Assembly: GCF_009914755.1 (NCBI RefSeq)
Contig: NC_060940.1
Origin: the human T2T-CHM13v2.0 reference genome, Homo sapiens
Length of the DNA stretch: 64,000 nt
Direction: 5' to 3' (one strand)
Numbering within the stretch: the stretch's first letter is position 1; every line of letters begins with the position of its first letter. Positions 1 through 14,880 of the stretch are shown here, in pieces. The position numbers and the translations under genes were made by a program. A model generated the notes under the pieces. That model saw nothing but the letters and a program-made list of their open reading frames with translations, was not told the DNA's origin and ran no database searches.

Positions 1-100
1 CTTGTTGCACAGGCTGGTCTCGAACTCCTAAGCTCAAGCAGTCCTCATGCCTCAGCCTCCCAATGTGTTGGGATTATAGGCGTGAGCCACTGCACCCGGC
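1..100 (-). mobile_element. Alu (left arm, cut by window edge)
   Basis: Alu consensus match. Confidence 0.85.
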
Positions 101-108
101 TGCTGTAA

Positions 109-444
<336 letters not shown>

Positions 445-1026
445 TAGGTTTGGTTTGCCAACAGTTTGTTGAGGAATTTGTTTTCAGTTAAAAAAAATAT
501 TTATTTTTTCAAGTTTCCACATGCAGCAGTGATTGCTAAGGAATTTTATCCTTATGCATAAGAGGCATTGGTCTGTAGTTTTCTTGTTGTGGCTTTGTCT
601 GGTTTTATTATCAGGGTAATAATGGTCTCATAGAATTGAGTAGGAAGTGTTCTCTTCTATATTTAGGTATTATATTTTTTCCTTTGCCTTTTTTTTAAAT
701 TTACAGCTGCCTGAAAGACCCATGGATATGAGCTTCTTGGTATTAATGTTTTAAAGTTTGGTAGAATTCAGCAGCGAAGCTGTTGAGACCAGAGATTTTC
801 CTTGTGGGAAGTTTATTGGTGAATAATTCCGTCTCTTATTTGTTATAGGTCTATTCAGATCATCTGTTTCTTCTAGAATCAGTTGTGGTAGTGTATGTCT
901 TTCTAAGAATTTGTCTGTTTCCTCTGGGCTAAATTGTTGGCAAATAATTATAATATTTCCTTCTGTTCTTTTTTATTCTTTAAGGTCAGTAGTAATGTCC
1001 TTTTCCTTTTATGATTGTAGTTTTCA

Positions 1027-1321
1027 TTTTGTTTTGTTTTTTGAGACAGTCTCACTCTGTTGTCCAGGCTGGAATACAGGGGCATGATCTTGGCTTACTG
1101 AAACCTTAGCCTCCTGGTTTCCAGTGATTCTTGTGCCTCAGCCTCCTGAGTAGTTGGGACTACAGGCCTGTGCCACCTCGCCCAGCTAGTTTTTGTATTT
1201 TTAGTAGAGATGGAATTTCCCCATGTTGCCCAGGCTGGTCTCAAACTCTTGGCCTCAAGCGATCCATCCACCTTGGCCTCCCAAAGTGCTGGGATTGCAG
1301 GCATGAGCCCCTGTGCCCTGC
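1027..1321 (-). mobile_element. Alu
   Basis: Full dimer. Confidence 0.9.
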
Positions 1322-1642
1322 TTTTTGTAGTAGTTTGAGACTCCTCCCTTTTGTTCTTGGTCTAGCTAAAGGTTTGTCAATTTTCTTGATCTTTTTCTTT
1401 TAAAAACCAGCTTTTTGGTTTCATTTATCTATTTTTGTGTTCTTTATTCATTAGTATATAATCTTATTTCCTTCTTTCTGCTTACTTGAGGCTTACTTTT
1501 TGCCCTTTTCTGTTGTTTTAAGATGGTTTAAGATGGATGTTTAGGTAATTAATTTACTATTTCTCTTAATATCTTTTTTCCCCAAATCCTTTACGTAGAT
1601 ATCAGTATCTTTTAAAAGATACCTTTCTAATATTTCAATATC

Positions 1643-1927
1643 TTTTTTTTTTTTTTTTTTTTTTTTTTGAGACAGCATCTTGCTCTGTCGCCTAGGCTGG
1701 AGTGTAGTGCTCACGGCAGCCTTCCTCCAGGGCTTAAGTGATCCTCTTCCCTAAGCTTCCTGAGTAGCTGGGACCACAGCCGTGCACCACCATGCCCTGC
1801 TAATTTTTTGTAGATACGAGATTTTGCTATGTTACCCAGGCTGGTCTCGAACTCCTGAGCTCAAGCAATCCTCCCTCCTCAGCCTCCCAAAGTGCTGGGA
1901 TTACAGGTGTGAGCCACCGCCCTTGGC
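1643..1927 (-). mobile_element. AluJ-like
   Basis: Dimer with long T tract. Confidence 0.9.
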
Positions 1928-2855
1928 CCTTCTTCATTTTCAGTGTAAGCATTAACAACTCTAAATTTTCCTCCGTGCACTGCTTTAGCTGCATGAGTGT
2001 TGGTATGGTGTGTCTTCATTTCAAAAGTATTTTCTGATTTCTTTTTTTGGCTTCTGTTTGACTCACTGGTTATGTAGCAATATGTTGTTAACTTCGTATT
2101 TGTAAGTTTCCCAAATTTGTTACTGATTTCTACTTTCATTGTGATTGAAAACACACTTCATTTTATTCCAGTTCTTTTAAATATATTAAGAATTGTTTTA
2201 TAGCCTAGCATATATGCTCTATCCTAATGAATTTCAAAGTACATTTGAGAACAGTGTGTATTCTGTGGAGGTTGGGGAGAGTGTTCTGTAGATGTCTGTT
2301 AGGTCTAATTGTTTTATATTGTTAGTAAAGTGTTTTGTTTCCTTGTTGATCTGCCTAGATCATCTCTCCATTCTTGAAAGTGAGGTACTGAAATCTGTAA
2401 ATATTATTGCTGAATTGTCTACTTTTCCCTTCACTTCTGTCACTTTTCGCTTCAGGTATTTTTTGTGCTCAGTTATTAGGTATGTGTATAACTGTTATAG
2501 ATTCCTGATGGCTTGATCCTTTTATCATTATGGAATGTCCCTTTTTAATAACTTTTTTTGTCCTGAAGTCTGATTTATAATGTGAGATATATAGTCACCC
2601 AGCTTTCTTATGGTTGCTGTCTGTATACCTCTTTCCATCCTTTCATTTTCGAATGTATTTGTATTTTTTAAATCTAAAATGTCTCCTGTAGATAAAATAC
2701 ATTTGGATTTCTTTTGCCTTTTGACTATGTATATAATTGGATTTACATCTGCCATTTTACTTTTTGTTTTCATGTCTTTCCCTTTGCCTTTGCAGCTTTG
2801 CTTTTGCATTAGGTCAATATTTTCTAAAGTAGCATTTTAACGTCAGTACTTTGGT

Positions 2856-2862
<7 letters not shown>

Positions 2863-2888
<26 letters not shown>
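2863..2888. repeat. (TG)13 microsatellite
   Basis: Direct reading. Confidence 0.95.
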
Positions 2889-2889
<1 letters not shown>

Positions 2890-3103
2890 AGTGGTTGCCC
2901 TAGGGCTTACCATATATCTCTTATCAAAAATCAGCTTCAGATTATACTGACTTAATTCCAGTGAGATATAGGAGTGTTAACTGTTTCGTTACACATATTA
3001 CATCCATAAATGTACAACTCCACCAGTACATTGTTATAATTATTGATACAATTTTATGACTTCTAAAGTAGCAGAAAGGAAAGGAGTGTAAGTATGTATT
3101 TAA

Positions 3104-3451
<348 letters not shown>

Positions 3452-4394
3452 TATTTCTATTTCTCTTATTCATTCCTGTGTATGTGAGTTGCCATCTGGA
3501 GTAATTTCCTTTGCTCAATATGGCTTTGCTCCTGCCTACCTCCTTTGTACTGTTGTAGGCAAATATGTTACATTTTTGTATGTTATGGGTACATTATATA
3601 TATATATTATTTATACAATTGATTTTTTAATCAGTTAAGAAAGGAGAAGAAATGTGCAGTTATACTGTATTTACGATTACATAATTATCTTTACCAGTGC
3701 TCTTGGCTTTCTTCATGTGTAGTGTTGTCCAGGGGCATTTGCTTTTGGCTTCTAGAATTTTGTGTAGTATTTCTTGTAAGGGGTTTGCTAGCACCAAATT
3801 CTGTTTTTGTTTATCTGAGAATATATTTATTTTACCTTCATTTCTGAAAGATAACTTGCAAAAATTTTGAATATTGACATTTCAGAGATAAAAATCTTGA
3901 GTAACTTTTTAATACTGGATTCTTAGTTTAATATTTTTTCTTTCATCACTTTGAATGTTATCCCACTGCCTCCTGGCCTCTGTAGTTTCTGATTAGAAGT
4001 CAAATTTTATTTTATTGGGGTTTCCCTGTAACTGAAAAGTTGTTTTTCTCTTGATGCTTTTAATATTTTCTTTCTTTGGCTTTGAACATTTTTACTGTGA
4101 TATATCTGGGTACGGATGAGTTTATCCTACCTGGAAGTCACTGAATGTCCTGGATATGTAATTTAATAAATTTGGGAAGTTTTCAGTATTTCTTTGAACA
4201 TTTTTTTCTGCTTCTTTCTCTCCTCTCCTGATTCTCCCATTACACGTATGTTGATTTCCTTAATGGTGTGCCACATTTCTCTGAGGCTGTTTTTCTTCAT
4301 TCTTTCTCTGTTCCTCAGATCACACAATCTCTTTCTTCATGTTTGCTAATCCTTTTTTTTTTTTTTTTTGCTAGTTCAAATCTATTTTCCCTAG

Positions 4395-4772
<378 letters not shown>

Positions 4773-4961
4773 TGAATTTTAATAGATATTCTTGAATCGA
4801 TGTATCTTCATTTGCTATATGCCGTTAATACCATTTCCAGAGACTTTAAATAGCTTTTATATAATTTTCACCCCTTTTACTGGGCAGCAGGTTCACAGAG
4901 CTCCTCACACTATTATGGTGGTAGTTGCTATGTCTCTCAGAGCACTCTTACTGTTTGCCAG

Positions 4962-5033
4962 GTCACAAAAGAAGATAAGTCCTTCCAGAACATTATGCGT
5001 TGTTATAGGACTCAGCCGCAGGCCCGGAGCCAG
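4962..5033 (+). CDS. RBL2: RBL2 (p130) coding exon, exon 18 by counting back from terminal exon 22
   Basis: cag|GTC...CAG|gtaact; 72 nt, phase 0-0; VTKEDKSFQNIMRCYRTQPQARSQ, recognised as the p130 pocket-B region. Confidence 0.95.
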
Positions 5034-5489
5034 GTAACTACATTTTCTCTATGGGCTGAAAAATAAAGCTTAAAGTCTGTGATGAATACAAAAAATTAAC
5101 CATAGTTGACTCTGTGGCCTTTTTTCCAAGATAAACACCTGGGACTCTACTTAAGGGAAGTTTCTACTTTAATCTTTATTCTTGATGTCACATGTTGATT
5201 AAGGTCTCTTTTCCTCAAAAGGCAACAATGTTAAATATTTGATTGCCTTCTTAATTCAGAAAAATCACAAGATAGGAATTAAGAAGTTACTTGGTTTCTA
5301 TGTCACCTTTCATTCTGGTTTAGTAAACATACTGTAGGTTTAACCAAGAGAATGTCACATGGAAATTTAAAACCCACTTTGCCTTTATTACCATTCATCT
5401 CTGAGAGGCAAATCGGCCAGATCTGTGTATCTTACTTAGAATGACTTGACATTATGGTTGGGTGCTGTCACTGCAGTGTAGTACTGCAG

Positions 5490-5670
5490 GTAGTACTTGG
5501 CATGTGATGCTAGATGGGCTCTGATTGAATCCTGGATCTGTTATAATTTGAGTTATGTTTCTCAACCTGTTCTGAGGACAACTATTGCTATACAGGTTAT
5601 TGTGAAAACCAAGTAACATATGTGAAGGTCCTATCACCAAGGGTGTGCTCAACAAATACTAGTTTATGTC
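5490..5670 (+). mobile_element. MIR relic
   Basis: ttgaatcctgg...gttattgtgaaaa...gctcaacaaatactagtt. Confidence 0.45.
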
Positions 5671-5693
5671 CCCTTCTCATTGTTTCTCTAAAG

Positions 5694-5799
5694 GTGTATA
5701 GAAGTGTTTTGATAAAAGGGAAAAGAAAAAGAAGAAATTCTGGCAGCAGTGATAGCAGAAGCCATCAGAATTCTCCAACAGAACTAAACAAAGATAGAA
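5694..5799 (+). CDS. RBL2: RBL2 coding exon 19
   Basis: aag|GTG...AGA A|gtaagt; 106 nt; VYRSVLIKGKRKRRNSGSSDSRSHQNSPTELNKDR; frame continuous with neighbours. Confidence 0.95.
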
Positions 5800-6374
5800 G
5801 TAAGTGGGATCTTTGTGAACTACAAGACAAAATTAGGAGCTTTTCTTACTTTTTAGGCCTTGAAGAAGTAACTAAGCATTACTAAATGAAATAACTATAG
5901 AAACTATGAAAGTGTTTTATAGATCAGTAAACCATATTCTAGCTGGCAAAACTGTCCATTACATAGCTTTGGGGCACATATTATGTAACATTTTTCTCCA
6001 GGAGAATTAGAGCTTTCAGGGAGGAATCTGCTTGCCTGAGTTCCAGAAAGGTCTGATATGTCAATTGGAACCATGCTATGGAAATACCATCCCCTGCCTG
6101 TTGCTTTGTACCACTTAGTACAGGGCTTAGGTCCTAGAAAATTTGGTGTAACTTATTAATGGACACTACTCAGAAAGCCCTTGCTATGGTTATGGCATAG
6201 GGAGAAAGTTAATATCCTAGCTGAGCTTTGCTTTTTGGTGTGAAGAACAGAGTGCCTATTCACTGTTATTAGCAAGTAGTGCAGGTAGCTGTTCCCTTTC
6301 TCCTACTTTTAAAAAATTAAAACAGTCAATATTAGCAGCCTTTGTACTGACAGCCTTTGTTCTCCTGGCTGCAG

Positions 6375-6577
6375 CCAGTAGAGACTCCAGTCCAGTTATG
6401 AGGTCAAGCAGCACCTTGCCAGTTCCACAGCCCAGCAGTGCTCCTCCCACACCTACTCGCCTCACAGGTGCCAACAGTGACATGGAAGAAGAGGAGAGGG
6501 GAGACCTCATTCAGTTCTACAACAACATCTACATCAAACAGATTAAGACATTTGCCATGAAGTACTCACAGGCAAAT
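6375..6577 (+). CDS. RBL2: RBL2 coding exon 20
   Basis: cag|CC AGT...GCA AAT|gtaagt; 203 nt; (T)SRDSSPVMRSSSTLPVP...GDLIQFYNNIYIKQIKTFAMKYSQAN, including the RB-family DLIxFYN motif. Confidence 0.96.
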
Positions 6578-6684
6578 GTAAGTATGACAGGGATTATTTC
6601 ATACTTTTTTCACTCATGAGTGTTGAGGAATCATTTATGATTTATATATGGACCATTCACCTGGTCCGTATATAAACTAGTTTT

Positions 6685-6975
<291 letters not shown>

Positions 6976-7099
6976 CTAGTTTTACAAACAATTCTATTAA
7001 GTAAAACTGAGGAAGTCTGTAATTTACCTAACCAATATAAATTCTACTGTTGTTAAGCATTAAACGAGTAAGATTGTATTTGGAGTCCCTACAAAGTAT

Positions 7100-7325
7100 A
7101 GTAGTACAAGAGACAGGCTACATGGGTTCAAATTTTCCAGTACTTAACAGTGGTGGTAACCTTGCAAATCATTAAATTTTCTCTGTACCTCATTTCCTCA
7201 TATATAAAATGGGAATATAACTAGTTCCTAGCATATGGGGTTGTTGTAAGGATGAAATGACATAATGTATAAAAATTGCTTAAAATAATAACTGGCACAA
7301 ACTAAGCACTTAAGGTTTGCTATTA
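7100..7325 (+). mobile_element. MIR
   Basis: ctctgtacctcatttcctcatatataaaatggga...gggttgttgtaaggatgaaatga core. Confidence 0.7.
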
Positions 7326-7478
7326 GAATATTTTTCTTTAGGTTAAGTTATTGCTAATACATCACTCTGTCATTCATAAAACTACTGGTTTAGCACACCT
7401 CTTCACTCAATAATCATTTTCAGTAAAAATAATTATAAATTTTTTTCTTAGAATTACTGATTTTTTTTTTTTAAACAG

Positions 7479-7643
7479 ATGGATGCTCCTCCACTCTCTC
7501 CCTATCCATTTGTAAGAACAGGCTCCCCTCGCCGAATACAGTTGTCTCAAAATCATCCTGTCTACATTTCCCCACATAAAAATGAAACAATGCTTTCTCC
7601 TCGAGAAAAGATTTTCTATTACTTCAGCAACAGTCCTTCAAAG
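7479..7643 (+). CDS. RBL2: RBL2 coding exon 21
   Basis: T-tract-aaacag|ATG...AAG|gtgagc; 165 nt; MDAPPLSPYPFVRTGSPRRIQLSQNHPVYISPHK...SNSPSK (RB C-terminal domain, many SP sites). Confidence 0.96.
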
Positions 7644-8335
7644 GTGAGCCTAACATCAATCTTGGCCTTTACTAACCTCAAAATGCTTCAGATGCTAGAA
7701 ACAGGGTTTGTGCTAAGCTTAGGCACTCATTAGAGTGATGAGAGCTGCCAGGGAGCAGTGATCAGTCAGTCCTCATGAAGCAAAACCCAGGGTTTGTTTT
7801 GTTTTTTGCCTTTTTTGAGGGGGAGGGGGTGGAATTTTAGGGTGGGAAACAGGGCAAGGGATTTGGATTTCTTTTTATTCCCTCTCCTATTTGTACATTT
7901 TGCTGTAAACCTGAAATTTGTGTTTATCCCATTTGTAACAATTTTCCACATTTGTTAGGGAAAGAAATTTTGGATTCCTTACCAAAGGCCTGTTTCTGGG
8001 ACAGGCAGTGTCCTCAGGACTCTGGCTAATGGGAGAAGTTGACATTTTTGACATTGCAGTGCAATAGTCATATTAGCACAGATGTATGTGGCAACAGCCA
8101 CCTCATTCTAAGAAGGGGAAGGAAGCTTGAGTCAGGCCTTAATGTTGAAAAGTCAGGGAGCTGTTGAGGTATGGAAGGGCACTCAGCAGGAAGCAGGTTA
8201 AGGGGAAGAAAACAGTGTCCTTGAGGCAGACAGTGATCCAAAGCTTAATTACGGGCATCATGCTATGTTAGCGAGTGGAACTGGATTGTGAAGGCCCTTA
8301 CATAATGAGATTTTTATTGATAAAGGTTGCTTAGA

Positions 8336-8644
<309 letters not shown>

Positions 8645-8714
8645 TTAGAAATACACATATATATATGGCCTGAACTCTTCAAAAAAAGGTCAGTATGGTA
8701 AGAGGACGGGGAAG

Positions 8715-9070
8715 GTATCGTTGAGGAGACTAGGGAGACACGACATCCAAATGCAATGCATGATTTTTGATCCTGCATAGGAAAACGTTGCTATAAAGGA
8801 CATTTTGAGGAAAATTTGAATGTGGCCTTCAGTGTATTTTTTTTTTAAAGTTTCTTTGGTGTTGATGATGCCTAGCAGATTATGTAGGAGACTGTGCTGA
8901 AAGTATTCAGAGGTAAAGTGTCCCAGTGTCTGCAGCTTACTTTCAAACGGGTTGGTTGCAATATATTTAGGTAGGGAGAGAGTGAAAGCAACTCTTAGAC
9001 ATTAATGATTGATAAGTGGCTGCTCAGTGTACTATTTTTTTCAACTCTTTGTAGGCTTGCAATCTTTTAA
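8715..9070 (+). mobile_element. L1MC/ME-like 3' fragment
   Basis: aaatgcaatgcatga...ataaaggacattt...gtgctgaaagtatt similarity. Confidence 0.45.
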
Positions 9071-9086
9071 AAAGTTGAGGAAAACA

Positions 9087-9360
9087 GTCCGGGTGCAGTG
9101 CCTCACGCCTGTAATCCCAACATTTTGGCAGGCTGGGATGGGAAGATTGCTTGAGGCCAGGAGTTGGAGAACGGCTCAGGCAACATAAGACCCCATCCCT
9201 ACAACAAATAAAAATTAGCTGAGCATGGTGCCATGCACCTGTAGTTGTAGCTACTCAGGAGGCTGAGCCCAAGAGTTCAAGGCTGCGGTGAGCTATGGTC
9301 GTGCCACCACACTCCAGCCTGGGCAATAAAGTGAGAAACCCTGTCTGTTTGGAAAAAAAA
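9087..9360 (+). mobile_element. AluJ-like
   Basis: Dimer; TSD aaaagttgaggaaaaca. Confidence 0.9.
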
Positions 9361-9416
9361 GTTGAGGAAAACAAGTAAACAAGAACAGCAAAAATCTGTT
9401 AGAAAATGTAATAATG

Positions 9417-9700
9417 GGCCAGGTGTGGTGGCTCATGCCTGTAATCCCAGCACTTTGGGAGGCCGAGATGGGTGGATCACCTGAGGTCAGGAGTTCAAGA
9501 TCAGCTTGGCCAACATGGTGAAACCCCATCTCTGCTAAAAGTACAAAAAAATTAGCCGGGCATGGTGGTGGACACCTGTAATCCCAGCTACTCAGAATCG
9601 CTTGAATCCCGGAGGCAAAGTTTGCAGTGAGCTGAGATCGTGCCATTGCACTCCAGCCTGGGGGACAAGAGCAAGACTCCGTCTCCAAAGAAAAACAGAA
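9417..9700 (+). mobile_element. AluS
   Basis: Dimer; TSD agaaaatgtaataatg. Confidence 0.9.
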
Positions 9701-11377
9701 AATGTAATAATGGAGACACTTTTCCTATCATAGTAAAAAAAAAAAAAAAAGGTGTAAAGGTGTCACGTGCTTTGGAATGAATTTATAACTTATGAAAACT
9801 GGAATAAATGAAGACATACCAGCGATTCTGAATAAGAAGACCAAATATTTAAAAGATATACTTTCTCTGTTATATAGGCTTAGTCTAATTCCAGTGATAT
9901 TCCTAGTAGGACTGGTTATGAAACCTGGAAACATAAATTGGCAGTAACAGCCCCAAAAAGCAAATGGAGTTGGAGGAAATGATTCTGACGGCTTAAATTA
10001 GACTCTCATCCTGTAACCTATAAATTCTAAATGGATTAACAGAGTTAAATGGAAAAAAAGAACAGAATAATAGCAGGTAATAGACAAAGCAGATGAATTG
10101 GAATGATAATACTCAAAAGGCGGCTTAAAAAGGAGGAAAAAAGGAACATACAGGAAAATAGCATTTAAATGTAAATGGTCTAAATGTACCAATTAATAGT
10201 TAGAATTTATCTGACTGGACAAAAAAGCAGGACCAAACTATATGTTGTTTGTAAGTTATATAGTTTAAATATAAAAATGTATATCCATAAAAGGAATATT
10301 TACTTGGCAATAAAAAGGATGAAGTACTGATACATGCTACAATATGAATGGACCTTGAAAACATCGTTAAGTGAAAGAAGCCAGTCACAAAAGAGAACAT
10401 ATTTTATGATTCCATTTATATGAGTTGTCCAGAATGGGCAAATATCTAGAAGCAGAAAGGAGATTCATGGTTGCCAAGGGTTGTGGGGAATAGAGTTTCT
10501 GCTTATGAACAAGAAGTTTCTGGGGTGATGAAAGAATTCAAAAATAGAATGTAGTGATGGCTGCTCTGGGAACTCTGGTAACATACTAAAAGCCATGGAG
10601 CTGTACACTTCAAATGGTTGAATAATACGGTATAAGAATTATATCTCAATAAAGCTGGAAGGGTGGAAAAGGTTATACCATGCTACCACTCATGAAAAGA
10701 AAGTTGGAGTGGCTGTATTAATATCAGAGAAAGTAGATTTCAGAGCAAAAAATATTATCAGGACAAAGAGGGTCGTTTCCTATTATAAAGAGGACATATA
10801 ACCCTAAATAAAAAAAAAAAAACTGGTAGTCAAGAGATTTCAACATAATTGGTACAACAAATAGAGAAAATCACTAAGGATACAGAAGATGTAGACATTA
10901 TCAACTGATTGACATTTATAGAACACTCCCTAACAAATCAAGTGCAGAGAGAACATTTACCAACATAGACTACATTCTGGACCATAAAACAAGTCTCGAT
11001 AAATGTTAAAAGGGTTGAAATACTGTGTTTTCACTATCACAATGGCATTAAATCAGAAATCAATAAAAGATACCTGGAAAATCCCCCAATTCTTGGAACC
11101 TAAATTATATATTTCTATTGGTTAAAGAAAGCACAAGAGAAATTAGAAAATATTTTGAACTAAATGAAAATGAAAATCCAAAATATTAAAATTTGTGGGA
11201 TGTAGCTAAAACAGTGCTAAGAGAGAAATACATACACCTATGTTCCAAAAGAAAAAAGGTCTCAAATTAGTGACCTAAGATTTCAGCTTAAGAAAGTAGA
11301 AAAAGTGTAGGACTCACTGAAATGGAAAACTGTAAAGCAGAGAAAAACCAAGGCAAACAAAAGCTCGGTTTTTTTGG

Positions 11378-11685
11378 AGGCTGGGTGCTGTGTCTCATGC
11401 CTGTAATCTCAGCACTTTGGGAGGCTGAGGTGGGTGGACTGCCTGAGCTCAGGAGTTCGAGACCAGCCTGGTAACGTGGCAAGACCTTGTCTCTACTTTA
11501 AAAAAAAAAAATTTAACTGGGTGTGGTGCTGTACACCTGTGGTTCCAGCTACTCCGGAGGATAAGGTGGAAGGATGGCTTGAGCCCAGGTGGTTGAGGCT
11601 ACAGTGAGCCATGCTCACATTACTACACTCCAGCCTGAGTGACAGAATGAGACCATCTAAAAAAAAACAAAAACAAAAACAAAAA
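11378..11685 (+). mobile_element. AluJ-like
   Basis: Full dimer. Confidence 0.9.
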
Positions 11686-11812
11686 ACCACCTAGGTATTT
11701 TGGGAGATGATTTTAAAAATTGATTCCTCTATGTACAGAATAATCAGGAAAAGAAATGACACATTACTAGTATACATTAAAAGTATAATGAAAGATAAAG
11801 AACAACGTAATG

Positions 11813-12108
11813 CCAGCCAGATGTCGTGGCTCATGCCTGTAATCCCAGCACTTTGGGAGACCAAGGCAGAAGGATCCTTGAGCCCAGTAGTTCAAGACCA
11901 GCCTGGGCAACATAGCAAGACCTTGTCTCTGAAAAAAAAAAAAAAAAAAAGCCAGGTGTGGTGGGGTTGGTGAGGTGTGCCTATAGTCCCAGTTACTTGG
12001 GAGGCTGAGGTGGGAGGGTTGCTAGAGCCTGCGTGGTCAAGGCTGCAGTGAGCTGTGATGGCACCCCTGCACTCCATCCTGGGCAACAGAGTGAGACCCT
12101 GTTTCAAA
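11813..12108 (+). mobile_element. AluJ-like
   Basis: Dimer with expanded middle A tract. Confidence 0.9.
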
Positions 12109-14354
12109 ACTTTAATGCCAATAAATGTGACAATGCACATGAAATAGACAAATTCTTGAAAGATACAAACTAATAAAACTCAAGTAGTAGTCTCAGTAGC
12201 CCCTGTATCTACTAAAGAAATTAATTTGTGGTTTAAAAACCTCCTGTCAGAGAAAACTGTAGGCCCAGATGGCTTCATTGGTAAATGCTACCAAACATTT
12301 AAGGAAGAAATAATGCCAATTCTATAGAAACTCTCCCAAAAAGTGAAGGTGATAAATGATCTTAGTGTTTGAAGGAAAGCATCTGACAAAATCCAACATT
12401 CATTAATGTAAAAACTCTCAAGGAACTTCCTCAGCTTGGTAAACATTTACCAAAAGCATCTACAGATATCATACTTAATGGTGATAGACTGAATGCCTTG
12501 CCCCTATGATCAAGAACAAGGCAACAATGTCCACTCTCACTACCCCTGTTCAACATTGTAACTGGGAGTCCTAGCATGTGCAATAAGACAAGAAAAGCCA
12601 TACAGCCTGGATTGTCTACATAGGAAAATCACAAAGAATCCACAAAAAGCTACTGGAACTAATAAGGGAGGTTATGTGATCAACATACAAAAATCAGATG
12701 TATTTCTATATGCTAGCAGTGAACAATCAGAAGTAAAATAAAAAATTGAATACCATAACATTTTAAAATTACTTAGGGGTAGGTATGATAAAAACTATGC
12801 AACACATATATCCTGAAAACTATAGAAGCTTGGTGAGAGAAATTAAAGCCTGAGAAGATACAGAAATGTGTTCATGACATTGAATGAAAACAATACCTTA
12901 GTTTCCAATTCATGGAAAATAAAACAGCAGTTTTCTCCCAATTGATCTATAATTTCAAACCAATTTCAGTCAAAATCCAAACAGATTTATGTAAAAAACT
13001 GATTCTAAAATTTGTCATTTACAAGGCAAAGAACTCGAATAGCTAAAATAATTCAAAGGTGGAGGATTCACACTAATTATGAAGGTACACAAAATATCTG
13101 TATTATAACACCACAGTAATCAAGACAGTAGTGTTGGTGGAAGTATAGACACAGAGATCAATAGAACAGAACAGAGTCCTGAAATAGACAACACATGTAT
13201 GGTAAACTGATTTTCAACAAAGGTGCAAAGGCAATTTGGTAGAGAAAGGATAGCCTTTTCAACAGATGGTGCTGGAACAATTGGATGTGCATATAACAAA
13301 ATAATAGTAAACTTGTTCCCATACCCTGCACTATATACAAAAACTAAAAATGAACCACAGACATAAATGTAAAATCTCAAACTACAAAACCTCTAGAAGA
13401 CAACAGAAAATCTTAGTGAACATGTTTTATGGGAAAATTTTATATACAACATCAAAAGCACAATCCGTAAAATACTGTTAAAATGGATTTTATCAAAATG
13501 AATAATTTCTGCTATTTGAGACACTGTTAAGAGAATTAAAAAACCAGCCATAGACTATTAGAAAATCTGTACACGTTCCATATCTGATGAAGCATTTGTA
13601 TATCTACAGTATCTAAAGAATTCTCAAAATTCAGTAGGAAAACCACCAAATGTAAAAGTGGGCAAAAGATTTGAACACACTTCACCCATTACATGCCTGT
13701 TAGAATGGCTAAAATCCAAAAAGTGACAAATCGTAAGTTCTGACAACAATGTGGAACAATTTTACATATTGCTGGTGTGAACGCAAAATGGCATCGCCAC
13801 TGTGGAAAGTTGTTTCTTAAACATACCATTATACAACCAGCAATCTCATTCCTAGGTATTTACACAAATGAAATGGAAACTTATGTTTAGACAAAATCAC
13901 GTACATGACTGTTTATAGTGACTTTCTTCCTAATTGCCAAAAAGTGGGAAACAACCCAAACGTCCTTCAGCTGGTGAATGCATATAAATAAGCTGTGGTG
14001 CATCCAGACAATCGACTGCTACTTTGCAATAAAAAGGAACTGATATATTCAATGTAGATAAATCTCAAATGCATCAATGCTTAAGTGAAAGACACTGGAT
14101 TCAGTAGGCTACTTATGATTCCATTTCTGTGACATTGTGGAAAAGGCAAAACTATTGGACAAGAACATCAGTGGTGGTTTGGGATAGGCTGACAAGGGAG
14201 TATGAGGGATTTTTTCAGAGGAACAGTTTTATCCGACTGTAGGTATTTCTAGCACAGAATTGGGAGTCTGTCCAGTAAAATGATAGCGATTATTAGACTC
14301 TTGGTTGGAGAAAGATTTGTCATCTTGACGTAATAGGTGATAGCTGAAACTTAC

Positions 14355-14404
14355 GGGGAGAATATTACAAAGCAAGAAGGGGGAGAATATTACAAAGCAA
14401 GAAG
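14355..14404. repeat. Perfect 25-bp tandem duplication
   Basis: ggggagaatattacaaagcaagaag x2. Confidence 0.95.
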
Positions 14405-14739
14405 TAGCTTATGTCTAGAACCAATCTATAACGTACTAACATTTAGACTACTATGAGAAAATAATTATCAAATACTATACAAGATCAGTTAAGATGAAGA
14501 CTGATCATTAGTGATACTTGACAGAGCAGTGTCAGTGCACTGGTATGACTTGTTGAAAAATAAATTATGGTAGCATTGCTTATACACAATTAACAATGTA
14601 TACAGTAAACAGTGTAAGAAATATTCAAGCAAATGGGAGACCGCAGAGATAGCAAATGCAGACCAGACTCTTAGGAAGGCAGAAAGGGGGCTAGAAAAAG
14701 AATTGAAGGAAAGCTTTCTTCAGATGCTTAAGATTTTGT

Positions 14740-14880
14740 GGCCAGGTGCAGTGGCTCATGCCTGTTCCCAGCACATTAGGAGGCCAAAGCAGGAGGATTG
14801 CTTGAGCCCAGGAATTCAAGACCAGCTTGGACAACATAGTGCAACCCCATTTCTATTGTTAATTAAAAAAAAAAAAAAAT
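14740..14880 (+). mobile_element. Alu monomer (FLAM-like)
   Basis: Left-arm only plus A tail. Confidence 0.8.

Larger units (their letters stand above)
9740..14250 (+). mobile_element. Fragmented old L1M (ORF2 and 3' end) in RBL2 intron 21, including an L1MB-like 3' end at about 10280-10655
   Basis: A-rich; ggcccagatggcttcattggtaaa, aacaaaggtgcaaaggcaatt, ttcaacagatggtgctggaacaattgg; no intact ORF. Confidence 0.8.

Noticed and set aside
9740-14250. Possible active L1
   Set aside because: Heavily diverged, interrupted by Alus, no long ORF2 frame
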